Shown: piece after piece, positions 1 to 13,099 of the stretch
Layout of the letters: the number at the start of each line of letters is the position of its first letter
Position numbering within the stretch: position 1 is the first letter of the stretch
From: Pristiophorus japonicus
Taxonomy: Eukaryota
Reading direction: 5' to 3'
Assembly: GCF_044704955.1 (NCBI RefSeq)
Contig: NC_091992.1
Location: 29,946,001 to 30,010,000, forward strand
Length of the DNA stretch: 64,000 nucleotides
Made by a program: the position numbers and the translations under genes
The notes under the pieces: model-generated
Told to the model about the DNA's origin: nothing
Databases searched by the model: none
What the model saw: the letters and a program-made list of their open reading frames with translations, nothing else

Positions 1-677
1 TTCAATGTCCCAGCTTCCACAGTTCTCTGAGGCAGCGAATTCCACAGATTTACAACCCTCTGAGAGAAGAAATTTCTCCTCATCTCTGTTTTAAATGGGC
101 AGCCCCTTATTCTAAGATCATGCCCTCTAGTTCTAGTCTCCCCCATCAGTGGAAATATCCTCTCTGCATCCACCTTGCCAAGCCCCCTCATAATCTTATA
201 CATTTTGATCACATCTCATTCTTCTGAATTCCAATAAGTAGAGGCTCAACCTACTCAACCTTTCCTCATAAGTCAACCCCCTCATCCCCAGAATCAACCT
301 CGTGAACCTTCTCTAAACTGCCTCCAAAGCAAGTATATCCTTTCGTAAATATGGAAACCAAAACTGCACACAGTAATCCAGGTGTGGCCTCACCAATACC
401 TTATATAGTTGTAGCAAGACTTCCCTGCTTTTATACTCCATCCCCTTTGCAATAAAGGCCAAGATCCATTGGCCTTCCTGATCACTTGCTGTACCTGCAT
501 ACTATCCTTTTGTGTTTCAGGCACAAGTACCCCCAGGTCCCGCTGTACTGCGGCACTTTGCAATTTTTCTCCATTTAAATAATAACTTGCTCTTTGATTT
601 TTTTCTGCCAAAGTGCCTGACCTCACACTTTCCGACATTATACTCCATCTGCCAAATTTTTGCCCACTCACTTAGCC
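1..677 (-). mobile_element. CR1-clade LINE fragment (ORF2 C-terminal region), runs off window start
   Basis: Minus ORF 390..671 has YYLNGEKLQ...VQRDLGVLV...MQVQQVIRKANG, matching the CR1 ORF2 copies elsewhere in the window. Confidence 0.9.
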
Positions 678-994
678 AATGTGCCCCAGGGCATGACTGA
701 CTGAAATGTTCCTTTCATTAAAGAAAATACTATTTCCAATTTAACAATATCTCTTTGCAAAACAATGTTATTACAAAGCAGATAGTGAACAACTGCAGCC
801 ACCACAAAAACTCGCTTTTTTCCAAACACATTTGAGCAGTCATTTGACTCCCTGTCCACACCACGATATACCCTAAAGTAAAATTTATAACATGACAATG
901 AAATAACATTTTTTTAAAATGCTAATTTACTTCTCCCACTTACCAACAGCTTTCGCTCACAATGGCCCATCCTCCTATCAGTCTTCTGCCTTCT

Positions 995-1572
995 GCTCCA
1001 TTCTAGACTTGACTATTCCAACGCACTCCTTACTGGCCTCCCACACTCTACCTTACGTAAACTAGAGGTGATCCAAAACTCGGCTGCCCATGTCCTAACT
1101 CGCACCAAGTCCCGCTCACCCAATACTCACTGACCTACATTGGTTCCCGGTTAAGCAACGCCATAATTTCAAAATTCTCATCCTTATTTTCAAATCCCTC
1201 CATAGCCTCACCCCTCCCTATCTCTGTAATCTCCTCCAGCCCCACTATCCCCCGAGATGTCTGCGCTCCTCTAATTCTGCCCTCTAGAGCATCCCTGATT
1301 ATAATCGCTCAACCATTGGTGGCCGCGCCTTCTGTTGCCTAGGCCCCAAGCTCTGGAACGCCTTGTCTAACCCTCTATGCCTCTTTACCTCTCTTCCCTC
1401 CTTCAAGATGCTCTTTAAAATCTACCTCTTTGACCAATCATTTGGTCACCTGCGCTAATTTCTACTTATGTGGCCCGGTGTCAATTTTTAAAATCTCATA
1501 ACACTCCTGTGAAGCGCCTTGGGATGTTTCACTACGTTAAAGGAGCTATATAAATACAAGTTGTTGTTGTTA
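995..1572 (+). mobile_element. L2-clade LINE 3' fragment
   Basis: Degenerate IQNSAA.VL...LHWLPVKQR coding region; 3' end GTGAAGCGCCTTGGGATGTTTCACTACGTTAAAGG..CTATATAAATACAAG(TTG)n shared with other copies. Confidence 0.85.
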
Positions 1573-3264
1573 TTGTTCTAAAGCTTGATACCTAAAAAGG
1601 ACCATTATTCCAAATATTTTCCGTACCTCTGTGAACGTACTAACTCTCAGGCATTTGCACATGGACGACCGTACCCTCCCTCTCGCAATACCACTTTTAA
1701 CACTTTCTTCATCTTTTCCCTTGGGTTTCCTTTTTACAGCATCTTCTGGATTCCTGAAAAGCTCCTCAAGTTCTTTGCCATTACCAGATCCAATGCCCAA
1801 ACTCTATAGCTCCTTCATATCGTGCCCAAATTCTGCCGCTCTGGACCAAGACGCTGTCCCTCCCACCCGACAACCTTTCCCCAAGTCCTGTCGTTATATT
1901 CATCAGTGATAACAGCAGGGAAATGTTTATTTTGATAGAACAAGTGCTGAACCAAGTAAGAAAAATAGAATTCATACAATATTTTTGTGATACCCGTGAA
2001 GGAGTTTCAAGCCTGCATCAGTGCAAAACCTGAGACTGAAGGCTGAAATGTTTTCTTTGTCTGTAAATGATACTCATAAAATTCTCAGTCCTCAATCCTC
2101 AGCCAATCCTTTCCTTACGTGCTCCAGATTCCAACCTTCCTTAATAATACAGACCACAGAATCCCATCCCCCAGTACTGCCCACACCAGAGTACTGCCCA
2201 GCCCCACCATCCTTCCTTCCCCCACATAAAAAACAATTTAGGACAGTTTGGTTAATTTTGGTTTGTTAATAAATAAGGTACCATTATGATAAGGATTGCT
2301 GATTGTCAGCTTCATCACCCTGCCTCACACACATGTAAATCTGAGCAGCCTGAGAAGAAAAGAGCTTGTTGTGCACTTTACACATCAACACTATGAATGA
2401 TGTTGCACTAATGCCATTTTGATTAGTAACAGCTCTCGCTATTCTGCACTAATACCCCCAATTACCAGGTGTTGACACAAGGATCTTTAATATATAGAAT
2501 GATCGAGCAGTGAGCACCTCCCCATAGTCAGCTATCAATTGCCTCATGTACAATAGCTGCTTTGCAACTGCTCATTTAGGTTTGCATGTTTCTTCACTTC
2601 CCTTTCTCCCATTTTGCTGACTGTGAATTTGAGCACTCACCTGCAGCTGCTACATTCATTCAGAACATGCCAATATTGATTAGAGATTGAGAAATCTTAT
2701 CTGCAATATTCCATTCAATATTTACTCCTTTATACTAGATATGGCTTTTGTCTTCATAAGAGAGGCGATTTAGGACAATATGGAAAACAGCTAACACCTG
2801 ACAGAGCTCAAATATTATTGTGGCAGATGTCCAAGGCAGCATGAGGAGGCCATGCCAGAAATGGTTCTTCTGTCTGTAATTGGAAGAAACCCAAGAGATT
2901 GTGACTTTTAAAGGATGACAGCTCATTTAGTGAACCTAGAAAATGGGAAGGAATCAGTCAAAGCTGGTCAACACATGGGTGAATTTACAAATGTCATCAG
3001 GCAACGCTGGAAATATACATCAGTGTTGCGAACACCTGAAGAGAGAAACAATTCGATTAAGTCTTTGGGCATCGGAACTGTGAAGTTTTGACTTCTGATG
3101 TGTTCTAGTGGACACTCTGTATCGGATACATTAAGCTGTTGTTTTCGTTTCAGAGGCTGACAAACCTGCTGAGTATTTCCAAAATATTCTGAGTTCATTT
3201 CAGATTTCAAATGTTTGTCATTTTTTAAATTCTTATCCCTAAAGATGAAACTAAACCCAGTTCT

Positions 3265-3380
3265 CACTATTGGCCATTATTCATATGTGAGCCTTGGCTG
3301 TGAGTGTCAGTGAGCTATCTTACTACAGATGGGAGAGGTTGGAATGGTGTGTTCACAGCTAAACCTGAGCTGTGTTCATT
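3265..3380 (-). mobile_element. LF-SINE-like tRNA-SINE, 3' piece
   Basis: Reverse complement reads GACACTCACAGCCAAGGCTCACATATGAATAATGGCCA, resembling my recollection of the LF-SINE 3' region; collinear with pieces at 6072 and 6620. Confidence 0.5.
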
Positions 3381-3382
3381 TC

Positions 3383-6050
3383 ACATAAGAACATAAGAAA
3401 TAGGAGCAGGAGTAGGCCATTTGGCCCCTCAAGCCTGCTCCACCATTTAATAAGATCATGGCTGATCTGATTCTGGGCTCAGCTCCACTTTCCTGCCTGC
3501 TCCCCATAACCCTTCACTCCCTTGTTGTTCAAAAATCTGTTTATCTCCACCTTAAATATATTCAATAACCCAGTCTCCACAGCTCTCTGGGGCAGAAAAT
3601 TCCATAGATTTATGACCCTCTGACAGAAGAAATTTCTCCTCATCTCAGTTCTAAATGGGCGACCCCTTATTCTTAAACTATGCCCCCTAGCTCTAGATTC
3701 CCCACGAGTGGAAACATCCTCTCTGCATCTATCTTGTCGAGCCCCCTCAGTATCTTATATGTTTCAATAAGATCACCTCTCATTCTTCTAAACGCCAATG
3801 AATATAGGCCCAATCTGCTCAACCTTTCTTCATAAATCAACCCCTTCATCTCAGGAATCAGTCTATCGATCCTTCTCTGAACTGCCTCTGATGCAAGTAA
3901 ATGCCTTCTTAAATGAGGAGACCAAAACTGTACGCAGTACTCTAGGTGTGTAATCACCAACACCCTGTACAGTTGTAGCAGGTCTTCACTGCTTTTATAC
4001 TCCATCCCAACATTCCACTTTCCTTCCTGATTACTTGCTGTACCTGCTTACCAACTTTTTGTGTTTCATGCACAAGGAACCTCAGGTCCCTCTGTATTGG
4101 AGCATTTTGTAATCTCTCTCCATTTCAATAATAATTTGCTTTTTTTATTTTTCCTGCCAAAGTGGATAACCTCACACTTTCCCACATTCTACTCCATCTG
4201 CCAAATGTTTCCCCACTCACCTAGCCTGTCTATATCCCTTTGCAGATTCTTTGCATCCTCCTCACAGCTTGCTTTCCCACCCATCTTTGTATCATCAGCA
4301 CCCTTGGCTAGATTGCAACCAACGCATCCACTATCTCTGCAGCCATTTCTTTTAAGACCCTAGGATGCAGGCCACCAGGTCCAGGGGACTGGTCCACCTT
4401 TAGTCCCATTATTTTACCCAGTACTTTTTCTTTAATGATAGTGATTGTTTTAAGTTCCTCCCTCTCTATAGCCCCTTGATAACCTATTATTGGGATGTTT
4501 TTAGTGTCTTCTACAATGAAGACTGATACTAAATATTTATTCAAAGTCTCTGCCATTTCCCTCTTCCCCATTATTAATTCCCCAGTCTCATTCTCTAAGA
4601 GCTACTCTCTTCCTTTTTATATATCTATAGAAGCTCTTACTATCTGTATTATATTTCTTGCTAGTTCACTCTCATAATCCATCTTTTCTCTCTATTATTT
4701 TTTTAGTCGTCCTTTGCTGGTTTTTAAAAATGTCCCAATCCTCTGGTTCCCACTGATCTTGGCAACATTGTATGCCATTGTTTTTAATTTGATACCATCC
4801 CTTATTCCCTTAGTTCACCACGGATGGTTCTCCCTTCTCTTAAAGTCTTTCCTTCTCATTGGGATATATTTTTGTTGACAGTTATGAAATATCTCCTTAA
4901 ATGTCTGCCACTGTTTATCAACCGTCTTACTCTTTAACTTATTTTCCCAGTCCACTTTAGCCAACTCTGCCCTCATACCTTTGTAATCGCCTTTATTTAA
5001 GATCAGGACACAGATTTGAGACCCAACTTTCTCACCCTCCAACTGAATTTGAAATTCAACCATGCTATGATCACTCTTTCCTGGAGGATCCTTTACGATG
5101 AGATCATTTATTAATTCTGTCTCATTACACAGTACCAGATCTAAGATAGCCTGCTCCCTGGTCGGTTCCACAATGTACTGTTCAAGGAAACAATCCCGGA
5201 TACACTCTATGAAGTCTTCCTCAAGGCTACCTTGGCCAATTTGGTTTGTCCAATCAATATGAAGATTAAAATCGCCCATGATTATTGCAGTACCTTTCTT
5301 ACAAGCCTCCGTTATTTCTTGATTTATACTCTGTCGAACAGTATAGCTACTGTTACGGGGCCTATAGACTATGCCCACCAGTGACTTCTTCCCCTTATTA
5401 TTTCTTATCTCCACCCAAACTGATTCTGCATCTTGATCTTCTAAGTAAATATAATTTCTCACTACTGCACTGATCTCATCCTCTATTAACAGAGCTACCC
5501 CACCTCCTTTTCCTTTCTATCTATCCTTCCGAATTGTCAAATACCCCTGAATATTCAGTTCCCAGCCTTGGTCACCTTGCAACCACGTCCATGTAATGGC
5601 TATCAGATTATATCCATTTATATCTATTTATGCCATCAACTCATCTATTATGTTACAAACACTGTGTGCATTCAGATAAAGAGCTTTTAATTTTGTCTTT
5701 TGACCATTTTTCCTGCTTTGACCCCACTTTCTGATACACTCTTATTTTTATACATTCTGTCTCTTCCTGTCACACTCTGGTTATCATTTCCCCCATCGCT
5801 ACCCTGCTCTATTGCCTTCTCCTTTCTCTCTGACTTTTTCAATTTCCGCTTACCTGAACCCTTCCCCCACTATTTAGTTTAAAGTTCTCTCTACAACCCT
5901 AGTTATTTGATTCGCCAGGACACTAGTCCCAGCATGGTTCAAGTGTAGCCCGTCCCAATGGAACAGCTCCCTCTTACCCCAGTACTGGTGCCAGTGCATC
6001 AGGAATCGAAACCCATTTCTCCCACACCAGTCTTCAAGCCACGCGTACAT
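3383..6050 (-). mobile_element. CR1 LINE, internally deleted: ORF1 esterase end, ORF2 endonuclease, RT C-terminus and tail
   Basis: Tail CATAAGAACATAAGAA at 3383; APE endonuclease ORF 4815..5462 (ESVWVEI, GDFNL, LDLVL, SDH); 5870-6050 encodes AWLEDWCGRNGFRF..HWHQYWGKRELFHWDGLHLN (SGNH esterase-type ORF1). Confidence 0.9.
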
Positions 6051-6071
6051 CTCTCAAGTATCTCTCAAGTA

Positions 6072-6190
6072 TCTTGCATCCACAAATATACACTTTCCAG
6101 CAGGGATCATTGTCTGATAGAGATTTGAGAATGCGGGATCATTTTCCCCTCCCTAACTCAGGGGCACTGAGGCCAACTGTGGTGCTTACT
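6072..6190 (-). mobile_element. LF-SINE-like tRNA-SINE, middle piece
   Basis: Reverse complement CAGTTGGCCTCAGTGCCCCTGAGTTAGGGAGGGGAAAAT...CCCTGCTGGAAAGTG resembles the LF-SINE core. Confidence 0.55.
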
Positions 6191-6204
6191 ATTGAAATGA
6201 TCTA

Positions 6205-6618
6205 ACTAACCCCTCGATTTTAAAATTCTCATCCTTGTTTTCAAATCCTTCCACAACCTCGCCCCTCCCTATCTCTGTAATCTCCTCCAGCCCCACAACC
6301 CTCCGAGATCTCTGTGCTCCTCCAAGTCTGGCCTCTTGAGCATCCGTGATTTTGATCACTCCTCCATAGGTGTCCGTGCCTTCAGCTGCCAAGGCCCTAA
6401 ACTCTGGAATTCCCTCCTTAAGACTGCCTGCCTCTCTACCTCTCTTTCCTCCTTTAAGACGTTCCTTAAAATCTACATTTCTGACCAAGCCTGCCCTAAT
6501 ATCTCTTCATGTAGCTCGGTGTCAAATTTGGTTTTCGAATTGCTCCTGTGAAGCATCTTGGGACATCTTACTACGTTAAAGGTGCTATATAAATACACAA
6601 TGTTGTAGTTGTTGTTGT
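6205..6618 (+). mobile_element. L2 LINE 3' fragment
   Basis: Homologous to 1160-1572, ending in the same (TTG)n tail. Confidence 0.85.
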
Positions 6619-6619
6619 A

Positions 6620-6690
6620 ATGCACAGCAGGAATCGAACCTGCACACTTTCAACTTTGTAATGGCTCAGATATTCATTGAGCAATCAGTA
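6620..6690 (-). mobile_element. tRNA-derived SINE head (LF-SINE-like 5' piece)
   Basis: Minus strand has pol III B-box GGTTCGATTCC followed by TGCTGTGC. Confidence 0.45.
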
Positions 6691-6764
6691 GGTGACTTAA
6701 TGACCATCTTCTTCTTCTTACACTAATTGTAATGCAAACAAAATAATAAAATCACTTTTAGATT

Positions 6765-7552
6765 TAGATTTAGACCACTCTATCCTTCTCCAATGCCTCT
6801 CAACCACTGTCCAGCTGGGTGGGACTGCATTTGCCTGGTTCCATTCTTACCTATCTAATCGTAGCCAGAGAATCACCTGCAACGGCTTCTCTTCCTGCCC
6901 CCGCATCGTTACCTTATGTGTCCCCTAAGGATCTATCCTCGGTCCCCTCCAGTTTCTCATCTACATGTTGCCCCTTGGTGACATCATCCGGAAACACAAC
7001 ATCAGTTTCCACATGTACGCTGATGACACCAAGCTCTACCTCACTACCACTTGTCTTGACCCCTCCACTGTGTCTAAATTGTCTGACTGCTTGTCCGACA
7101 TCCAGTTTTGGATGAGCAGAAATGTTCTCTAATTGAAAACTTTTGGTTACCTGCAGTAATTTCTACTTATGCGGCTTGTGGCTATGTAGGCACCTTTAGT
7201 AATGACTCCACGAGGCAGGGTGTGGTTCTTAAACTCTGCAGCCCTGCAGTCTTTTATTAGCAGTTCCTGAGTGCTGACAACAAGCTGTGTGTTCCTTTTT
7301 ATTCTGGGTTACCTGCCGTGTGCAGGCAACCACTGGGTCTCCAGCAACAGCACCCTCTAGTGTACCGATAAGGTGTGTACAGTACAAGGGTACATTCAAT
7401 GTTGCATACAGTGTTACAGACATCACACAGTAAACAGGCATGCATACACAACATGGCTCGGTGTCAAATTTTTAATTTCGTGAAGTACCTCGGGATGTTT
7501 CACGACGTTAAAGGCGCTATATAAATATAAGTTGGTATTATTGTTGTTGTTA
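6765..7552 (+). mobile_element. L2 LINE fragment (RT core joined by deletion to 3' end), interrupted by a solo LTR
   Basis: Encodes VP*GSILGP...YMLPLGDIIRKHNISFHMYADDTKLYL; L2 tail at 7480-7552. Confidence 0.85.
7177..7453 (-). mobile_element. Solo LTR (Gypsy-type), related to LTR at 62893
   Basis: TG...CA ends; flanked by CGGCT/TGGCT 5-bp TSD splitting the L2 3' end; shares AATGACTCCACGAGGCA and GCACCCTCTAGTG with the 62893 LTR. Confidence 0.85.
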
Positions 7553-8167
7553 TTAACAAATATGAACAATAGTAACATATATATTAGTGGGAAATTGCCA
7601 ATTCCAAGTGATTTCCCATATAACTTTTACGAAGTTCCTATCAATATTTTCTGACACGGACACAATGGGCTAAAAGGCCTCCTGTGTCATAATGTTTCTA
7701 TGATTCTATGACTCTATCTTTCAGTTTCCCCGAATTATACCTCTTTAATCAAGCGTTAACAAACAGTATTCTTTCAGAAAACTCGAGTCTTGCTCTAATC
7801 TGTGCATTTATTTAGTGGGGGAGATGGGGTGGGCAGGGGCGAGATAGACTTTCCTGTCTAAGTGACTATCTCATGTGGAATATAAAATCCCACCCAAAAT
7901 ACTGGGCTGAAGGTTGAACTAGTTTTATTGATCAAAGTCAGTTATAAGGAGAAGCAATGCTTCGGAAATGGTCAATGGTACGATGTAACCGATAGTGTTG
8001 TAGCCCTGGTTCCTTTTTATTTGGATATTAGCAGGGCTTTAAAGAATTTCAACCTTTAGTCGCAAACTGCACAGAAGTGTGCTTCTCTGCTAAAGATGTT
8101 GTTTCACTTTTTAAATGCTCATCGAGGTTGCTGAATCTTTTCTCTCTTCATCGTTACTCCCTAATCC

Positions 8168-8240
8168 TTGGCTGTGAAGCACTTTGAGACTTCTGGTGAT
8201 CATGAAAGGCGCTATATAAATGCAAGTCTTTCTTTTTTTT
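8168..8240 (+). mobile_element. Deu-SINE 3' tail fragment
   Basis: TTGGCTGTGAAGCACTTTGAGAC...GAAAGGCGCTATATAAATGCAAGTCTTTC matches the 3' ends of full SINE copies. Confidence 0.7.
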
Positions 8241-8490
8241 TAAATCTCTAACAGCAATAATTCAAACCCCCTCTTGTTCTAAAGAATGAGTATTGTCAAA
8301 AAATATTTCTCATCTGCTTGGATAATATTTATTTCTCAATCTCTCCCACTGAGGTCCAACATCTCTTCATTTAAAATAAAATCTGGCTCAGAGTATATTA
8401 GAGGCTGTAGTCCCCTATCAAGGGGTTGAAATTACAATGTAAACCACAAGAGTGAAGTTCAAGCATTTATAAAGTCACCTAAACACTTGG

Positions 8491-11400
8491 GGGGGAGAAA
8501 TTCGGCTGCTTTGCGCCTCCTGTTACCGCCTTCTCTGGTAGTTTTGCGCTAGAGCTAACACTGACCGCCTCGCTCTCTTGCACCACGTAGATCGTGACAT
8601 CAACCGGTGTACAGCACCCCGTTAGCGCCCCGGATGTGATATTTGTTCCCACCCCCTGCAGCCTCGCCGGGCGTCAACAACGGCCGCTGCAGGAGGCGTG
8701 GTCACCTCGGCTGGCTGCTTGGAGAGTGATATTTAAAGGCAGTGGTGGTCAGTTTATTACTCTCCACAGTCTGGTATCTTTCACATAGAAACATAGAAAA
8801 TAGGTGCAGGAGTAGGCCATTCGGCCCTTCGAGCCTGCACCACCATTCAATAAGATCATGGCTGATCCTTCACCTCAGTACCCCTTTCCTGCTTTCTCTC
8901 CATACCCCTTGATCCCTTTAGCCATAAGGGCCATATCCAACTCCCTCTTGAATATATCCAATGAACTGGCATCAACAACTCTCTGCGGTAGGGAATTCCA
9001 CAGGTTAACAACTCTGAGTGAAGAGGTTTCTCCTATCTCAGTCCTAAATGGCTTACCCCTTATCCTTAGATTGTGTCCCCTAGTTCTGGACTTCCACAAC
9101 ATCGGAAACATTCTTTCTGCATCTAACCTGTCCAGTCCCGTCAGAATTTTATATATTTCTATGAGATCCCCTCTCATCCTTCTAAACTCCAGTGAATACA
9201 GGCCCAGTCGATCCAGTCTCTCTTCATATGTCAGTCCAGCCATCCCGGGAATCAGTCTGGTGAACCTTCGCTGCACTTCCTCAATAGCAAGAACGTCCTT
9301 CCTCAGATTAGGAGACCAAAACTGAACACAATATTCCAGGTGAGGCCTCAGCAAGACCCTGTACAACTGCAGTAAGACCTCCCTGCTCCTATACTCAAAT
9401 CCCCTAGCTATGAAGGCCAACATACCATTTGCCTTCTTCAGCGCCTGCTGTACCTGCATGCCAACTTTCAATGACTGATATACCATGACACCCAGGTCTT
9501 GTTGCACCTCCCCTTTTCCTAATCTTCCGCCATTCAGATAATATTCTGCCTTCGTGTTTTTGCCCCCAAAGTGGATAACCTCACATTTATCCACATTATA
9601 CTGCATCTGCTATGCATTTGCTCACTCACCTGACCTGTCCAAGTCACCCTGCAGCCCCTTAGCATCCTCCTCACAGCTCACACTGCCACCCAGCTTAGTG
9701 TCATCTGCAAACTTGGAGATATTACACTCAATTCCTTCATCTAAATCATTAATGTATATTGTAAATAGCTGTGGTCCCAGCACTGAGCCCTGCGGCACCC
9801 CACTAGTCATTGCCTGCCATTCTGAAAAGAACCCGTTTATCCCGATTCTCTGCTTCCTGTCTGCCAACCAGTTCTCTATCCACGTCAGTACATTACCCCC
9901 AATACCATGTGCTTTAATTTTGCTCACCAATCTCTTGCGTGGGACCTTGTCAAAAGCCTTTTGAAAGTCCAAATACACCACAACCACTGGTTCTCCCTTG
10001 TCCACTCTACTAGTTACATCCTCAAAAAATTCCAGAAGATTTGTCAAGCATGATTTCCCTTTCATAAATCCATGCTGACTTGGACTGATCCTGTCACTGC
10101 TTTCCAAATGCGCTGCTATTTCATCTTTAATGATTAATTCCAACATTTTCCCCGCTACTGATGTCAGGCTAACCGATCTATAATTACCCGTTTTCTCTCT
10201 CCCTCCTTTTTTAAAATATTAGCTACCCTCCAGTCCATAGGGACTGATCCAGAGTCGATAGACTGTTGGAAAATGATCATCAATGCATCCATTATTTCTA
10301 GGACCATTTCCTTAAGTACTCAGGGATGCAGACTATCAGGCCCCGGGGATTTATCGGCCTTCAATCTCATCAATTTCCCTAACACAATTTCCTGACGAAT
10401 AAGGAAATCCTTCCGTTCCTCCTTCTCACTAGACCCTCGGTCCCCTAGTACTTCCGGAAGGTTATTTGTGTCTTCCTTCGTGAAGACAGAACCAAAGTAT
10501 TTGTTCAACTAGTCTGCCATTTCTTTGTTCCCCATTATAAATTCACCTGAATCTGACTGCAAGCTTTTTCTCTTCACATATCTATAGAAGCTTTTGCAGT
10601 CAGTTTTTATGTTCCCGGCAAGCTTTTTCTCATACTCTTTTATCCCCCCTTCTAATTAAACCCCTTGTCCTCTGCTGAATTCTAAATTTTTCCCAGTCCT
10701 CAGGTTTGTTACTTTTTCTGGCCAATTTATATGACTCTTCCTTGGATTTAACACTATCCTTAATTTCCCTTGTTAGCCACGGTTGAGCCACCGTCCCCGT
10801 TTTATTTTTACTCCAAACAGGGATATACAATTGTTGAAGTTCATCCATGTGATCCTTAAATGTTTGCCATTGCCTATCCACCGTGAACCCTTTAAGTATC
10901 ATTTGTCAGTCTATTCTAGCCAATTCACGTCTCATACCATCTAAGTTACCTTTCCTTAAGTTCAGGTCCCTAGTCTCTGAATTAACTGTGTCACTCTCCA
11001 TCTTAATAAAGAATTCTACCATATTATAGTCACTCTTCCTCAAGGGACCTCGCACAACAAGATTGCTAATTAGCCCTTTCTCATTACACATCACCCAGTC
11101 TAGGATGGCCAGCCCTCTAGTTGGTTCCTCGACATATTGGTCCAGAAAACCATCCCTAATACACTCCAGGAAATCCTCCTCCACCGTATTGCTACCAGTT
11201 TGGTTAGCCCAATCTATATGTAGATTAAAGTCGCCCATGATAACTGCTGTAGCTTTATTGCACGCCTCCCTAATTTCTTGTTTGATGCTGTCCCCAACCT
11301 CACTATTAATGTTTGGAGGTCTGTACACAGCTCCCACCAGCGTTTTCTGCCCCTTGGTATTCCGCAGCTCCACCCATACCGATTCCACATCATCCAAGCT

Positions 11401-11877
11401 AATGTCCTTCCTTACTATTGCGTTAATTTCCTCTTTAACCAGCAACGCTACCCCACCTCCTTTTTGTTCCTGTCTATCCTTCCTAATTGCTTTTCACCAT
11501 GGATTTCTGCGCAATTCCTCAGCCCTTCACTCTCTTGGAGTGCTTGGATTCTGTAATGCAAGTGGTGCAGGTCCCATGGTACCACAGAGAGAGCAATAAG
11601 AATGTTTCAGCCCATCACTGGCCCTTCCCTTTAAGCGAGGGAAGGAGTCTCTAATGCCAGCAGCACTGCACTGAACTTTGTTCAGCCACTGCCACTACCG
11701 TCCCTCTCACATACTTTAGCACTCTAAGGGAAGTGGTAACACTTGATTTAGCGCTCAATTTTCCTCTCGAAGCGCTAAAGCTGAAGTTCCCAGGAGCAGA
11801 AAATCTTCACCTGGCGATACTTTTGCAATCATTCAAAAGTTATCGCCCCAAACGGGGCACTATGCAATTTCTATCCC
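8491..11877. mobile_element. Non-autonomous Harbinger-like DNA element (MITE) split by a CR1 insertion
   Basis: Imperfect TIRs GGGGGAGAAATT / AATTTCTATCCC; GC-rich arms with TTAGCGC/TATCGCC motifs on both sides of the CR1. Confidence 0.55.
8784..11487 (-). mobile_element. CR1 LINE, 5'-truncated ORF2 (endonuclease + RT) with stops and frameshifts
   Basis: ORFs 10906..11445 (EN), 9622..10146 ([16 protein letters not shown]), 8875..9606; (CATAGAAA)n tail at 8784. Confidence 0.95.
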
Positions 11878-12104
11878 TTAGATTGTGCTACAGTTTTTTA
11901 TTGCAGTATCTACGGCAACTATTCTCACCATTCATTATATAATAGATAGCCTTCTCGTCTGCCTTTTTCAGTTGTTTATTACTATGTTTTGAATTTCAGT
12001 TCTGACACAGTTTACTCTTGTATGTTGCCAGAATATTTGCTTATTGATTATTATCCGACATTCTTGGCAGGACTAACCAAGTCTAAAATAAATGAGGATA
12101 CATT

Positions 12105-13088
12105 CAAAGACCTTTTCAGATCTATTCCCCTGCCCTCCCCTTTCAGCTTTCCAAAGGGACCGTTCCCTCTGTGACATCCCGGTCCACTCTTCCATCACCC
12201 CCAACACCCGCTCCCCTTCCCATGCAAGCACAGGAGATGCAACACCGCCCTTTCACCTCCTCCCTTCCCACAATCCACGGCCCCAAATACTCTTTCCAAG
12301 TGAAACAGCGATTTACTTGTACTTCTTTCAACTTAGTATACCGTATTCGCTGCTAAAGCTGCGTTCTCCTCTACATTGAGAATACCAAACGCAGATTGGG
12401 TGATCATCTTGCTGAACAGTTTGCAAGCGTGACCCTGAGCTTCCGGTCATTTGCTATTTTAATTCTCCACTCCCACACTGACCTCTCTGTCCTCGGCCTC
12501 CTGCACTGTTCCAATGAAGCTCAATGGGAGCTCGAGGAACAGCACCTCATCTTTCAATTAAGCACTTCACAGCCTTCCGGACTCACATTGAGTTCAACAA
12601 ATTCAGACTATACTAACTGCTCCCATTTTTTTGGTAATAATGCCGCTGTTGTCCTTTTCACCTCTTCTCGACCCATCTTTTGTTTCTTTACTTGTCCCAT
12701 TACCACCTTGTCCCCATTCTTTCTGTTATTTAAATCACTCCTGCCTTCATTACAACAATGACTACACTCCAAAAGTACTTCATTGGCTGTAAAGTGCTTT
12801 GCAATGTCCGGAGGTCGTGAAAGGCGCATCCTTCCTTCCTTCCTCTTTCCTTCCTTTCCTTCTTTCCTTCCTCCCTTCCTTCCTTTCCTTCCTTGTCACC
12901 TTTCTCCGTGCCCGTACTTGCTTAAAACTTGTTACATCTCTAACATTTTCCAGTTCGGACAAAGAGTCACAGTCCTGAAACGTTAACTCTGTTTCTCTCT
13001 CCACAGCTGCTGCCGACCCGCTGAGTATTTCCTGCATTTTATGTTTATATTTCAGATTTCCAGTATCTGCAGTATTTTGCCTTTTTGC
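12105..13088 (+). mobile_element. Penelope-like element 3' part (GIY-YIG endonuclease remnant and 3' end)
   Basis: Encodes FQVKQRFTCTSFNLVYRIRC*SCVLLYI..TKRRLGDHLAE and LEEQHLIFQL; 3' region CCTGAAACGTTAACTCTGTTTCTCTCTCCACAG...GCTGAGTATTTCC. Confidence 0.8.
12745..12893 (+). repeat. Deu-SINE 3' fragment followed by (TTCC)n microsatellite, inside the Penelope-like element
   Basis: CATTACAACAATGACTACACTCCAAAAGTACTTCATTGGCTGTAAAG then TTCC repeats at about 12830-12893. Confidence 0.75.
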
Positions 13089-13099
13089 AGATTTGTTGC

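Noticed and set aside
1628-1946. Possible minus-strand exon (TTCAG acceptor, GAG/GTACGG donor)
   Set aside because: No frame stays open across it and there is no recognisable homology.
2797-3070. Minus-strand acceptor-like sites with short ORFs
   Set aside because: Frames close quickly and no protein is recognisable.
9554-9964. Recurrent antisense ORFs over CR1 and Gypsy RT (also 16262, 28774, 15297, 30334)
   Set aside because: Shadow ORFs of conserved sense coding sequence repeated across copies.
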